A DNA stretch of 64,000 nt from Azolla caroliniana (lineage: Eukaryota; Plantae; Polypodiophyta): NCBI GenBank assembly GCA_043228905.1, contig JBHGNT010000003.1, positions 9,796,001 to 9,860,000 on the forward strand, read 5' to 3'. A program made the translations under genes and the position numbers. Shown here piece after piece: positions 25,701 to 38,265 of the stretch. Each line of letters opens with the position of its first letter. Position 1 is the stretch's first letter. Under the pieces are notes generated by a model. It was not told the origin of the DNA and ran no database searches. It worked only from the letters and a program-made list of their open reading frames with translations.

Positions 25701-28700
25701 CATTCGAAACGCAGGTATCGGACCGACCATTGATGAGTTCGCGGAGGCCTTCGCAGGGAGGTCGATCTACCCGGTCGGGGATCTGTACTTAGGGTACGAT
25801 CAGTTCCAACTAGCCGTAGAGAGCAGGGATGTCACGACGATGCGGACTCCTCTCGGCCTAGTTTGGATGTGTACCCTACCGCAAGGGGGAACAAACTCGG
25901 TGGCGCACATGGTGAATGCGATGAACAAGGTGTTGAGGGATTGCATCCCGGAAATCACCATGCTGTTTTTGGACGACATCCCGATCAAAGGATGTCCGGT
26001 GGAGGACAAGGACGAGTTGGTCGGGCCCGACGGTTGCCGGAGGTTCGTGACGGATCACATCTGTGACTGTGAGAAGGTGCTACAAAGACTCAAGAGCGCG
26101 CGACTCACCTTCTCCGGAGAAAAATCAGCCTTCGGACAGCCAGAGATCCTAGTAGTTGGACACCTGTGCGGGCCTTACGGCCGGAAGCCGTCCCCGGCGA
26201 AGGTAGAAGCGATCTCCACAATGAAGGATGATTGCGGGTCGGTCACGGAGGTCCGAAGGATCCTGGGGGCATGTGCGTTCTATCACATCTGGATTCCGCA
26301 CTGCGCGCATGTCGCGGAACCGCTGTATGGGTTATTAAAGAAAGGGCGCCGGTTCGAATGGAGGACGGAGCACACAGAGTCAATTCGGAGACTGAAGAAG
26401 GCGCTCGTCGCGGCACCGGCTCTCCGGAAAGCGGTTTACGGCAAGAAAGTCCCCATTTACGTGACGGTGGACACGAGCCCGACCGGGATCGGGTGGGTGA
26501 TCAATCAGGAAGACGAGGATGGCATACGGTTCCCGATCCGGTTCGGGGCAAAGGTATTGAGCGAGTGGCAGCGAGGATACGCCCAAATTAAGCGCGAGCT
26601 ATGAGGTATCGTTTCGGTAGTCAAGGTCAACAAGGACTATTTGATCGGGACGAAAGTGATCATCGAGATGGACTGTCTACCGATTCTGGGTATGGTTTCC
26701 GGATGCGCGACTCCGGACCTGGCGATGCTCAGGTGGATCGCGTACATCAAGTCCCTGGAAAGAATAATGCCATGGCCGATATGCTTTCAAGGGCGCGGCT
26801 CAACGACAAGGATGGCATGGTTTCAGATAACGAAGAAGTTGGCAAGGACTTCTTTGGGTCAGCTAACGTGGCAACTGGGACGGGGAGCACTCCGGCGCTT
26901 AACGAGTTCGACGAGAACGAATACGACGGGGAGTGGCTCCAAATAGGAAGGTTCCTACGGACGATGACGTCGGACACGGCGTGGACTAGAGAAGAGGCCA
27001 ATTGGGTGCGGAAGAAGGCGTACCGATTCTTCCTACAAGGAGGATGCATATGGAGGCATCCGAAGAAGCGTAATGGCACCCCACTCCACGTAGTGGCGAG
27101 GTAAGACGAGCAGAAAGCGTTGCTTACGGCATATCACGAGAGTCCCTGGGCCGGACACCGCGGGACATGGGCCATATTCGAGAAGCTCAAGGGTAAGTAT
27201 TGGTGGCCGGGTTGGACCGGGATGTGCATCATTTTGTGACAACCTGCAAGAATTGCCAGATGCACTCTACAGTTCGGCATCAAGATGAGCTTCATCCAAC
27301 CTACCCACTGACCGTCCACTTCAAATGGATGATGGATTTAGTGACTATGCCGATGGGGGTAGGACAGATGCGATATCTAGTGCTGGCTTGGGAGGACCTG
27401 ACGAACCAGGTGGAAGGCCGAGCATTGTAGAACAAAACGACCGCAGCTGTGTGCCGATTTCTGATTGAAGAAGTGGTGTGCCGGTACGGGTGCATGGGAA
27501 AGATCATGGCCGACCGTGGAGAACTAGACGCGCAAGAGGTTGAAGAGCTGTTTGACCGAATGGGGGTCAAACTTGTTGGGAGACAGGTCCCTCCAGATGG
27601 GAAGGAAGAAGAACAGTGCCGACGAACAAACTCGGCCGAGGCCGAAACGGTATGAGGAGAACCCGGCTACGGAGAGCCGGATGATGCAGGCCCGGTATGA
27701 ACCGGATGAGGAGTACCCGGCTACGGAGAGCCGGATGGTGCAGGCCCGGTATGAACCGGATGAGGAGTACCCGGCTATGGAGAGCCGGATGGTGCAGGCC
27801 TGGTATGAACCGGATGAGGAGTACCCGGCTACAGAGAACCAGATGGTGCAGGCCCCGGTACGAACCGGAGGAAGAGACATATTCGTAAATATGTTTTTGA
27901 GAGCCCATCGATGCTACATTTGTAAATAGCCAAAAAGTCATATTAGTATAAATATGACTTAGGGCAAACTTTTAGAAACTGTTGTAGTCGTTGTTACTTT
28001 TCTTGTTGGTGCAAGAAGAAGAGAGAGCACGTAATAGTGTACAGAGAGAGAGAGAGAGAGAGAAAGAGGTCGTTGCCTCTGTTGTAACCGCCGCCTGTGG
28101 CGAAGAGCGTGAGTCCGAGGTTGTTGCCTCCGAGAACTCACTGTTTTGCACATATATACATAGTGACAGTTTGCAGCCTGTGGGCTGCCGTGGTTTTTCC
28201 GCTAGTTTGGGGTTTTCCACGTAAACCTCCTGTGTAGTGTGTGTGTTTCTTCCTCTCCTTTGTATCGTGTTTTATTTCCCGTTTTTCTATGTATGAAAAT
28301 AATCTCGGTTGCGGCCGAGCGTAGCGCATAAGGAACGTTCGGTTCCCGTCAAAACTCTCCCTAACTATGGCATACAATGAGGAGGCCAACGGGAAGGTAG
28401 AGTGTAGTCACAGGCACATTGTGAAGGCGTTAGTACGTGCATGCGAAGGACAAGTCGGGAATTGGCCGCGGTTCCTTCCTTACGCACTATGGGTGGATCG
28501 AACTACGCATAGTTCGGTGACGGGGTTCATGCTAGAGGAGCTGATGTACGGGCAGAAGCCAATCATGTCGGCGGAGAAAACGATCACTTCGTGGGCCACG
28601 ATGGACTGGAAGGACGAGATGAGCCGGGAAGAGTTGTTGGCAGCAAGGATCCGGCAACTCGAGCGAAGACCGGAAGACGTGAAGCGGGGGAAGGAAAGGT

Positions 28701-29053
28701 TGCGTACAGCACGAGAAAAGAACAAAGGTTGGTTCGATCGTACTCATCGACTAAGGCCGAGGAAGATCGAGAAAGGTAACTGGGTGCTGGTGTACGACAA
28801 TAGCCTCGACAATCAGCACAAGGCGGTGCGTAAGTTTGCAAGGAGGTGGTTCGGGCCCTATGCGGTAACAAGTGCGAATGACAATGGCACGTACCATCTC
28901 GTGGAGCTTGACGGGACACAGATGGCGGTGCCTGTAGCAGGAAAAAGGGTCAAGGTATTCAAGAAGCGGCAAGAGGAAGAGCCAGACCCGGAATGTGCGA
29001 CTAATGACGACAACCGACTCGAAATGAATGATGATTCGGGCAGCGACGGGTGA
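22728..29053 (+). pseudogene. gag-protease and RT-RNase H-integrase coding region of the gypsy element
   Basis: ORF pieces 22701-23417, 23704-24846, 24987-26604, 26641-27570 and 28367-29053 in gypsy order, with stops and frameshifts. Confidence 0.9.
27574..28351 (+). mobile_element. Solo LTR inserted in the gypsy integrase, with 51-bp tandem repeats (~27650-27870)
   Basis: TGTTGGG...CCCGTCA, exact TSD AAACT (27569-27573, 28352-28356), TATAAATA at ~27947. Integrase GVKL/SLT rejoins on removal. Confidence 0.9.
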
Positions 29054-32000
29054 TAGCGGGCCGATTTTCTCCGGCAAGTGTTGTATCTGGCGCGTACCAG
29101 TGGACGTGCGGTTTGGTGGGGGTGGATGTCGTGGAGAAAACCGTCCCTAGGAGGAAACGAGAGAAACCGTGCACGAACCGGCCCTTCCATGTGTGGGCAT
29201 GTGAATTGATAACTTGTACATAATTATGTGTAGGGCGGCTGATGTAAATATACTAGGTGCGACACATTTATTAGGAAATCGATGCGTATCTTTGTCCGAA
29301 GGGACAGAGAATAAAGTAATGTGAATGTGACTGAAGGAGAGGGGACTCCCTCCCCAATGACTGAGATAAGGAAGAAGAGAAGGAAGAACAGACCATCGTG
29401 CGTTAGCGAGGGCGAAGTGCTGCCAGACCGTGTACCGAGCTCTCTCTCTCTCCTCCTTCGGTTGTCATTCTCTGCGTGTTTCGGAGATCGTCGCCTCTGC
29501 TTCATGGACATCTCGTGCGCTTCCATCAGAGGCTCTCCCTTCGCGTTTCTGTGTTTGGCATGTGACATCTGTGTGTGTGTGTGGACTCCTGTGTAGGGTC
29601 TGTTGCCGGTGTGCCGGTTGTAATCGTTATTGTTGTTATAATCGAATTGTTCTGTTTCCTCTCTCTCTCTCTCTTTCACTGTGTTCAGCAAAACTCTCTC
29701 TCTCTCCTCTCTCACGCTCCTTGGTTCAGGGCCCCGGCGGTCCCGTCTCATTTCACCCGCGAAAGCGTAGTAACACGACAACATTATGCCTCCTTGGGTT
29801 ACAACTCGATACGTTGTATCGAGTTGGGGGACATAACTCGATACAATGTATCGAGTTGTAGCCCTAGGAGCCACACCTCGATATGGTGTATCGAGTTGGG
29901 TGACATAACTCGATATGCCGTAATGAGTTGGGGGACATAACTCGATACGCCGTATCGAGTTATGTCTCCCAACTCGTTACGGCTCCCAGGGCTAAAACTC
30001 GATACGGCGTATCGAGTTGGGCGTCTTAACTCGATACGCCGTATTGAATTGTGGCTCCCAGTGCTAAAACTCAATATGCGGGGGGCTTAACTTGATACGG
30101 CGTATTGAGTTGAGGCTCCTAGGGCTTAAAGTCGATATGCCGTATCGAATTGGGGGTCTTAACTCGATACGACGTATCGAGTTGTGGCTCCTAGGCTAAA
30201 ACTCGATAGGTAGTATCGAGTTGGGGGTCATAACACATATTAGACCAAAAATAAGTAGTAAAATAGGTTCAACAATTCTAAATTAGGTCAAAATACGGTC
30301 AAATTAGGTCAATAGAGTTGATATTTAGGTACTGATGGGGATACCAAAATCTTACTAATTTTAGTGTTCGGTGAACTATGAGACGTTAAATATACATTTT
30401 CCTCTGTCCAGTCCCTAGGTTTCAAATCCATAACTATACTGGATTGCTAATTTGGCGTTCCAAACTACCAATCTGCATATTGTATATAATTTGACACCCT
30501 ATAATTTGAGAGATTATAGGTTTAGGTTCATCTGTTGTATTATTTTATGCAGGTCGACTGACACTAAGGAGGAGAGGCCACTCAACAGAATTCGGATTAA
30601 GTATCAAAGCTCACCTCCAGACAACACAAAGATCCCTATTGTGACATATCCACAAAAGGGAAAGAAACCCATGTTTGAAGACGAAGTTGTGAGGCAGCCG
30701 TCTAATGAAGTGAGGACTAGTTAGACATAGACTTAACTGGATATGAGTGGGCAATGCAATATGTAGACTCGAAAAAGAAAGTAGTACTGTTAGTTACTAA
30801 ACTGGCTGGACGTGGTATGGTTGCTCAAGATCGTGCATTTAGCTATGGCAAAATCTTGCGGCTGGACTATGAAGATGCGGACTCAACTAATTTGATTGTA
30901 TTAGTCAACTGTACAAAAGGAGTCCGATAGATGATGGTCTCCGAAGACTACTTGTTGAAGGATTCATGCGGGCCAGAATCCTTCCGACATGCTATTGAGA
31001 CAAGCACTAACTTAATAACAACACTGAGCCCATATATTCAAGGTCATGTTAATTTGAAGGCAGCCTCCTTATCGCCCATTAAAGCACCAATAAGGAAATC
31101 TGTAGTGCAGTCTAGGCCCTCAAAAAAGAAGGTGATGAGAATGTCAGATTCTGAGTCATCGAGTTCAACAGAGGATGAAGAGGCTCAAGCTACACCAAGA
31201 GCAGAGCTGGCATCTGGTGTGTTCTCATCAGAACAAAATAAAATTAGAAGGGACTTAATACATAGAAAACTTGTGCAGAAGGGGCAAGATTTTAACCTTC
31301 CGATAACCCATATTCAATGCCCCCCTCTGGATGATAATAGAGGACGTCGCCCTTTGGAGATCATGGAACCACATAAGAAGCTGCACGTCCAAAATTTAAA
31401 GAAGAAGATGAAAATCAACCCTCATGCAACGGTCGTGCCTTTTATTGTAATGGTGGGTCCTCTTGAGTGCTCTAAGCTAGAGGATTTTGATATTAAGAAG
31501 CATGACCAATACAAATATTTTGTGATTGGAGGATCTCACTCGGTGGAGGCCAGACGACAATTAGTCTGCGAGCATCCCACAACGTTCTTCTTCAAATATG
31601 TGGAATGCAAAATTTATGTGGGTTAACAATTGAGGAGGCGAAGTTGTTAGCATGGGACCACAATAACGACAATGACTACCGGTAGAAGATGTCCTCCATC
31701 GAATGCATTAGATTTTTTCACCACGAGTACCTCGACGAGAAAACCAAATTTGGAGCGAAATTATATCCAGCTCTACGACGTCAATGTCTCCATGAAGTGG
31801 GAATTGTGGTGGACGATGCGGTGAAGTCTGATGGAATCAGAAAGTATGAGCCGTGGTTTCAACTCGCATTTAGGGATGGAGGAGTCTAGGATCTTCAAGA
31901 TCAAATATTTACGATGTGGGAGAATAAGGAAGTGAAGGGTCAAAGACAAAAGAAGTCGAAAGTTGACCCTCAATTAGGATTGAAGAGCTAAGCTGCGAAG

Positions 32001-34989
32001 AAGATTGAGCTTACCATTGAGGAAGCGGCAAATGATATGAAGTTGTCTTTATGGAGGGCAATGCAAGGGAACAAAGATGAGCAACTTCTTATATTTGTGC
32101 TTTCAAGAGTTGTAGCGAAGGAGCTGAGCCTAGAGGAAATGGTTACGGAGTTCAAGAAGTAAGGTCTTACTAAATTTTTTATGGTTTATCTTGTTTTAAG
32201 AAATGAATTTTTAATGTTGGTTTATAAATTTTCAGCCACAAAGTCTATATGAAAATACAAGAAGTGATGATGAAGCAACTAGGTTGCTTATCGTGGGAAC
32301 AAGTGACTGAAGAATATCCAATAACATCTTCATACATGAACAAGGCGTTATCGGAATATTTCATTGCATTTAAGGATTGGGTGAGTATAACTCTTTGTTT
32401 GATCAATTTGTGGTGGTCCATCCCGTGTATCACTATAACTTTGTTGATGTCTTATTGTTTTTAGAAACCATGTCGGAGTAAGAGGCCTGGTGAAATAAAG
32501 GATATACATGACTTTCCAACATCCTTTCTTGCGCATCTTGAAAGGGCCAAAACAGAGAAGGATCGACGCTTGGTAAGGGCATTTGAGGTGGAAGATGACG
32601 GCACCTTCAAGAAGTTTAGCCACAAAAAAGACATCACCAGAGATCTATACTACAATGTTTATTGTGGTGATGTGGCTTACAGGATCCAGAAGCTGCCAAA
32701 GAAAGAGTATACATTAATGGTAGCTGATATTCCATACGGTTTTCGTATGGTTGGTTCGATCTACGATGAAGAACCTTTTAGGTTCAAGCAGTTGGAAAAA
32801 ATGGTAAAAGATTTCGCCGACTTGACCACCGCTTCCTTGTGGAGAATTGTAATATTTCATAGCATGGATTAGGGATATTCCGTGGGTTAAGCATTGAGAT
32901 CTCGTTGCCATGGAATTGAGAACCTTGCTTGGTATGGATTTTATTGAAAGCACTGTATTTCAATAGGAATTATATATTATAATTTAAACTGCTTATAACT
33001 TTTTTCTCAATGATCAGGATTAAAACCAACGTAAATAGGGGACCGACTTTTCGGTTCGTCAACGCAATGGAATATATAACAGTTGGTTATTATGACGAGA
33101 TCAAGAAGCAAAGAATCAAGGAGCATTCGAATGAGGTGGGATGCTCAAACCTGCTGGTATATCCAGCCGTGACACGGAAGCTTCGACATATGACCACGAC
33201 TGAGCGTGGGCTTGTGAATCCCTACCAGAAGCCCCAACGTTTAATGATGCGCCTTGTGGAGATGTTTTCGAATGAAGATGATTGGATATTGGACTTGTTT
33301 TCTAGCACAGGTAAATGGTCGAATAATTTTCCCAATGTGTTGAAGGTTTTATTTATATTTAGACCTATGATAATACTCATTATTTCTTATTTATGGTGTT
33401 TAGGCACCACTTCGGCATGTGCTTTGAAGCTTTTCCGAAATTCGGTCGCATTGGAGAAAGATGAGGAGCAGGTGAACTTCATCAACATGAGGCTTCACGC
33501 GCTTTGGGAATGCCCCGATCAAGATGAGGAGGTAGGGGCCAAACATATGGTAGATACCGAACGTTTTCAACTTGCCTCCCGTGAACCGATTCCTCCTTTG
33601 GCTAGTGAACCTAGGGAACTCATAGAGCTTGACGATGACTTAACGGAGGACCCCACAGTAGCGAGTCTATCTGGAGTGGATACTACAGCGCTAAAAGTGG
33701 ATGATAGTTCATCGATTGATGATGAATCCAATGATATGGATACTCTCCTAGCGATGTAGTTAGAGTTTATAAAAAAACTTTTAATGTATTTACTTCTGAT
33801 CAAAGATCTTTTAATCAATTCTATTTCCTAATATCATCCAATTTATTTGTTTATATGGTGTTATATTATGTTTTAATTAATGTGTTGCTATGTTTATATC
33901 TTGTGGCACATATTTATTAAATTTGTTGGACTATCATCTAAGTATATAGTTAAGATCAAAGAAAATGTATGTTCATTCTTCATATTTACCCATTAATTGT
34001 GTTTATAAAACTTAGTTCCATGTTTGCTATTGCCAATCACTTTTTGAATTTATTATACTTATAGAATAACTATGATAAATAACATTTACTGGGACTGAAG
34101 GAGGCATTTGTAGATTTTGGGGAGTATTTGCTTTATTAGAGGGGATTGTACAACAATAATCATGTTTCTATCGTTGATGGTTATCTGGACTGGATGTATG
34201 GAGGGCTAGATTATTATTACTCCATTTGTATATATGTGTTTAACCTCTTGATTTAGTGTTTATGTGTAGACAATCAAATGAAAATTTTAATGCATGCTTT
34301 AACGTTAATACCGGAGAGTTATCTCTATTATGGCACCCAAAAATTTAGCACTGCCTATACCTTAATAATAGTCATATATGTTTTGGGTATATTCTTGTAT
34401 TTCTAATGTAATGTAAAGTAATAGTTATGAGTACGCTTTCTACTTCTAATTTTCACGTGTTGTCATGAACATATACATTTGGTATTATATCCTAATGATC
34501 TTTACTAACTATTAGTCATTATGTATTGTATTCAATAATATGTAAATATCAATTTCTCAAATAGCATATACACCTCTCTTGGAAAGTTTAACCACTGTAA
34601 ACCTATGCACTTCACATCTCGCGAAAATGGAATTCATGTTTGTTAATACTTTAGTCAAATAATTAATTTGTATAAAATGAATGCGCGGTAAAAAAAACCC
34701 TAAATTTGTAAAGATTGCAAGAATAAATCTAGTACATTTATATTTTCTCCAATAAATAGCATGTTCTCTCGGTATAGAGATGTATCCAATTAATAAATCA
34801 ATAAATTCACCCTCTGTGGTTTATCATGTGATACTGTTGCATGTCATATTTCACAACAAGCTAAAATTGTGTGACTATAAAGGGAATCTAAAAGTGGAAT
34901 GCGCGATCCTTCCACTTCTGAACGCAAACGTGTTTATAGTCAAACTAACATACAATGACTTTGAAGGTCATGAAGGAAGCAATGATAGA

Positions 34990-35185
34990 GGTTCATGAAT
35001 GAACCAATGATTAAATACTCAATGCAACATTTTTATGACTCTTAATTGCTTTATAGTAAAGATGTGGCCATGAATGAACCAATGATTGAAAAGTCTTATA
35101 TTTAAAATGGTGGGCATGAATGAACCAATGATAGAGAAGTTCTATATTAAATATAGGTGTCATTAATTAACCAATGATTTTAACT
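34990..35185. promoter_or_regulatory. Repeated ATGAATGAACCAATGAT (CCAAT-containing) motifs in the intergenic region of the outer transposon
   Basis: Four to five copies, plus a related copy at ~17314 on the other side of the inner element. The promoter role is inferred from position only. Confidence 0.45.
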
Positions 35186-35480
35186 TTAAACCAACATATA
35201 TATGGCTTGGTAATGATTGTAATTATATTATACTTGATTTAACTTTATACAAACGTGTTTAAGTAATTATTAATATGTTGAAAACAATTAACATATTAAA
35301 AATAATATCTTTATTTATTGTATTAATATAATATTAAATAATATAGACATTATATTGAGGGAGCTTTTATTTAGAGAGGAGTTTATGTGTAGAGAGGAGT
35401 ATATGTTTAGAGAGGAGCTTATCAGTTTTTTATGTTAGCCTAAGCACATAACTTAAAGAGCTTTGTGTGGACCTTAAGCC

Positions 35481-38265
35481 ATGAGTGAAGACTCACCGTT
35501 CTCGATTGAAGAATATTGTTTGTCATCAAACTCTTCGTTTTCTACTGAAGAGTATTGTCTGTCAACAGACTCAACATTTTCTATGGAAGAATATTGTCTG
35601 TCGACAGACTCACTAGTGTCTATCGAAGAATATTGTCTGAGCTCATCTTCACCTACAACGCCTGTGAATAATGACACATGTGAAGAGTTCTCTGTTGAAG
35701 AATACGATATTAATAAAGATATAGAGAATGAAGGTAGTGCCAATAAAACATCGAATATCATGGGCGATGGTCACAACAAAGAATTGGATAGTAACAAGGT
35801 TACACCAACTTCTATGCAGGAAGAGAAATCTAGAAGCCCTATGCATATTAGAAGAATCCAACGAAGAATTCGTCTGGCTAGATTTAATTTGGTGACATCA
35901 GATAAGCAGATTGGATTTGATGTCAAAAAAATATGTTGTGCCCATGGTTGTATGTCTATGATTGGAAAATCAAAGTTGCGAGAATTAAGGCGATACTATT
36001 TTACGATGACTGGTGATGAGCAAGACACTTACCTCGCGTCACATATGCAACTATTGTCTGACAAATGTACGGGGATCAAAGTATCATTCGAGTATTATAT
36101 CTTCCATGCGCAAGAGATATGTAGAGTTGCATTCAAAATTGCGTTATGTGTTAGTAACATGTGGCTACATAGAGTACAGCGACGTCTACTTAGCAGGGAT
36201 CAGATGCTCAATTGTAAAGAGGTTCCAAGTATGAAAGGTGCAATTGGAAGACATGCTATTGGTTGGATGAAAAGTTACTTTTAGTTAAATTGTGAAGTAA
36301 TGCCCACTACAAGTAGGATGCACCTCTCTGATAATTACACACGTCGGGAAGTTTATGATGTTTATCGATCTGATATGGTGGGCTCACGTAATAAGTTTGT
36401 CACATATAGCCAATTCACAAGATTATGGAGAGCTTGGTTTTCAAATGTTATCATACCACGTAAAGTACGCATGGGGTATTGCTCCATTTTTGCAAATCTT
36501 AAAAGTTTGGCTAAAGGTGCAAAGACATCAATGGAAAAGGATATGAGTAAGAAGTTACTACAAGAGCATCGTGAGGCACAATCGTTAGAACGAAAGAAGG
36601 CGATGCATCATAGAGAGAAGTGTTTTAAGAGGCCCGAACAATACATGTGCTTAATGATAGATGGCATGGACCAGAAGAAGACGTGCTTGCCGCATATGGG
36701 GAGGCTCCCCAAAGACATCAATGATGAGTGCCTTGTTTAAATGCACTAGGTGGGATGCTTGGCTTATAATAGGTCAGTTGGACCTCACGTCTTCATTACA
36801 TACCCCAATGTTCACAATGACCCTAACTTAACAGTTACAGTGATTCACCGAGTTTGATGTCTTGGGGCCAACCATTCCCCCCTGTTCTATACATTCATTT
36901 GGACAATACTACTAGAGAGAACAAAAATTCAATTGTGTTTTTCTATCTAAGTATGTTGGTCAACCAGGGATTATTTAGAAAAGTGAAAGTCAATTTTCTT
37001 TTGGTTGGCCACACACGTGATCATATAGATCAGATGTTTAGCACATTCTCCAAACAGTTGTCCCGGCATGATGCTTTCACATTACCTAAACTATTTGATG
37101 TCATTTGTGATGCATATACACCACACCCAAAAGTGTTATACTTGAAGGAGGTATATGACTTTAAGAGATATATATCAAATGGGGGTGTTGGGAATGTTAA
37201 AGTGCTCGCCAAGTTAAACAATATAAGCTTCAACCACATTTTTATGATAAAGAAAAATGAAATAAGTGGTTCTACGCTTTTGTATGCTAAACAATATTCA
37301 TCTTCTACAACATGGGAACCTGAAGGTGGTTGCCAGTTATTACTTTGTATGCCGAGTACAATTGTCCATGGAGCTAAACAAATGCCAATTGAGAAGAAAG
37401 GACAGTTGCATAGTGACTTGGTATCGGAACAAAAACGATTATGGCTCCAAGCCTTATTAGAAAAAATAAAGCATATTGAAGCCACCAAGAAATATGCCGC
37501 CAAGAAATAGACAATTGTAGTGATACCAATTTTTAGTGATAAGAAAGGAATTATAGACAATTGTGTATTTGGTGATAATTGGAATTTGGAAACGCCATTC
37601 ACATGGTCGCTACAACATGATTGTGTAAATAAAACTCCGGAGCAACCAGCAAATGCGATTAATGACAGTTTGGTCCATCCACAACAAAGAGACATTTATG
37701 TGGGACCAAGGATGACCAAAGCAGCCGATGCTAGCTGGCAAGGCAATTTGCAAGAGCTCGCGGCGGGGATGTTGATTGCAACGCTGACTGATGAGAACTC
37801 ACATGGCCACCAATTTTGGGTTGGTAAAATTCTAGAAGTGTTAATGCATGAAATAGAAAACACGATCAAGTCTATAAACGTTCATTGGTACAACAGTAGA
37901 AGTGCAAATGCTTTTACAGTAAGTATACATTGGAGATGATTGAATGCCCAACCACAAGGGGAGGTAGGAATAGGAAGTGAACCGTTCATAACACCTCGAC
38001 CCTTGATATCTCTGATGTGGATATCATCGTGTATGACTTCACGCTTACAAAAGACGGACGATTAAGGAAGTCAACAATAGATATAATAAAAGAAAAATTA
38101 TCAGGTCTACAAGGTGGCTCGGATCGAAGGCAAACGAGATTTGCTACATATAATCTAGAGTCAAACCATTTGGTTTATGACGAAGATAATGCACTGATTG
38201 GTACATCCGAGGACGACGAGGAGGAATCGTCATTGTATATTAGTTATAGTAGTGATTCTCCGTAA
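35481..38265 (+). pseudogene. DDD transposase (Sola1-like) of the outer element
   Basis: CLMIDGMDQKK, LYIHLDNTTRENKN, FLLVGHTRDHIDQMFS; five FS[IVTM]EEY-type N-terminal repeats; a few stops and frameshifts; no introns evident. Confidence 0.88.

Larger units (their letters stand above)
22026..29780 (+). mobile_element. GC-rich non-chromodomain Ty3/gypsy LTR retrotransposon (Phygy/Selgy-like), full length but decayed
   Basis: LTRs 22026-22683 and 29127-29780 (TG..CA). PBS region TATTTGGTGAACC; PPT GGTGGGGGTGGA. Gag from 22728, protease LIDHGSE, RT FLDD, RNase H, integrase. Degenerate 4-bp TSD GCGT/ACAT. Confidence 0.93.
21831..30222. repeat. Array of 23-bp palindromes AACTCGATAC-nnn-GTATCGAGTT (32-40-bp period) in intron 1 of copy C; split by a gypsy element into 21831-22025 and 29781-30222
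   Basis: Units are directly visible with alternating spacers (GGGGGACAT-type and GTGGCTCCTAGGGCTAA-type). Confidence 0.93.
21732..33759 (+). pseudogene. Copy C of the six-exon ParB-like/beta-class DNA amino-methyltransferase gene (exons 21732-21766, 30553-32158, 32236-32380, 32465-32931, 33018-33310, 33404-33759)
   Basis: All five introns are GT-AG. Exon 1 (MSSKKTARFDT) is 35 nt as in copy B and splices in frame to exon 2. YFVIGGSHSVEARRQ; MVADIPYG; NPYQKPQRLMMRLVEMFSNEDDWILDLFSSTG/TTSACALKLFRNSVALEKDEEQV. TATA-like ATAAATAG at ~21608. Confidence 0.9.
17368..34934. mobile_element. Inner TIR DNA transposon of the same family, inverted and inserted between the two genes of the outer copy; ~9.2 kb without nested inserts
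   Basis: TIRs AACACGTTCGTGTTCAGAAGTGGAAGTATCGCGCA (from 17368) and the inverse ending at 34934. Both ends share TTCAGAAG, whereas the outer pair has TTCACAAG. Flanks TATT/TATA (imperfect 4-bp TSD). The flanking repeat ATAGTCAAACTAACATA continues on both sides. Confidence 0.88.

Noticed and set aside
27524-27941. Repeat protein (EPDEEYPATESRMVQARY)n
   Set aside because: Translation of a 51-bp tandem repeat inside a TSD-flanked solo LTR; no independent coding evidence.
29781-30222. CRISPR-like look of the palindromic repeat arrays (also 14782-16940)
   Set aside because: Spacers are short and repeated rather than unique, there are no cas genes, and the context is eukaryotic and intronic.
32465-33759. 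Bacterial contamination or a restriction-modification operon as the source of the methyltransferase
   Set aside because: The gene has conserved GT-AG introns, occurs three times in plant TE context, and has no neighbouring endonuclease.
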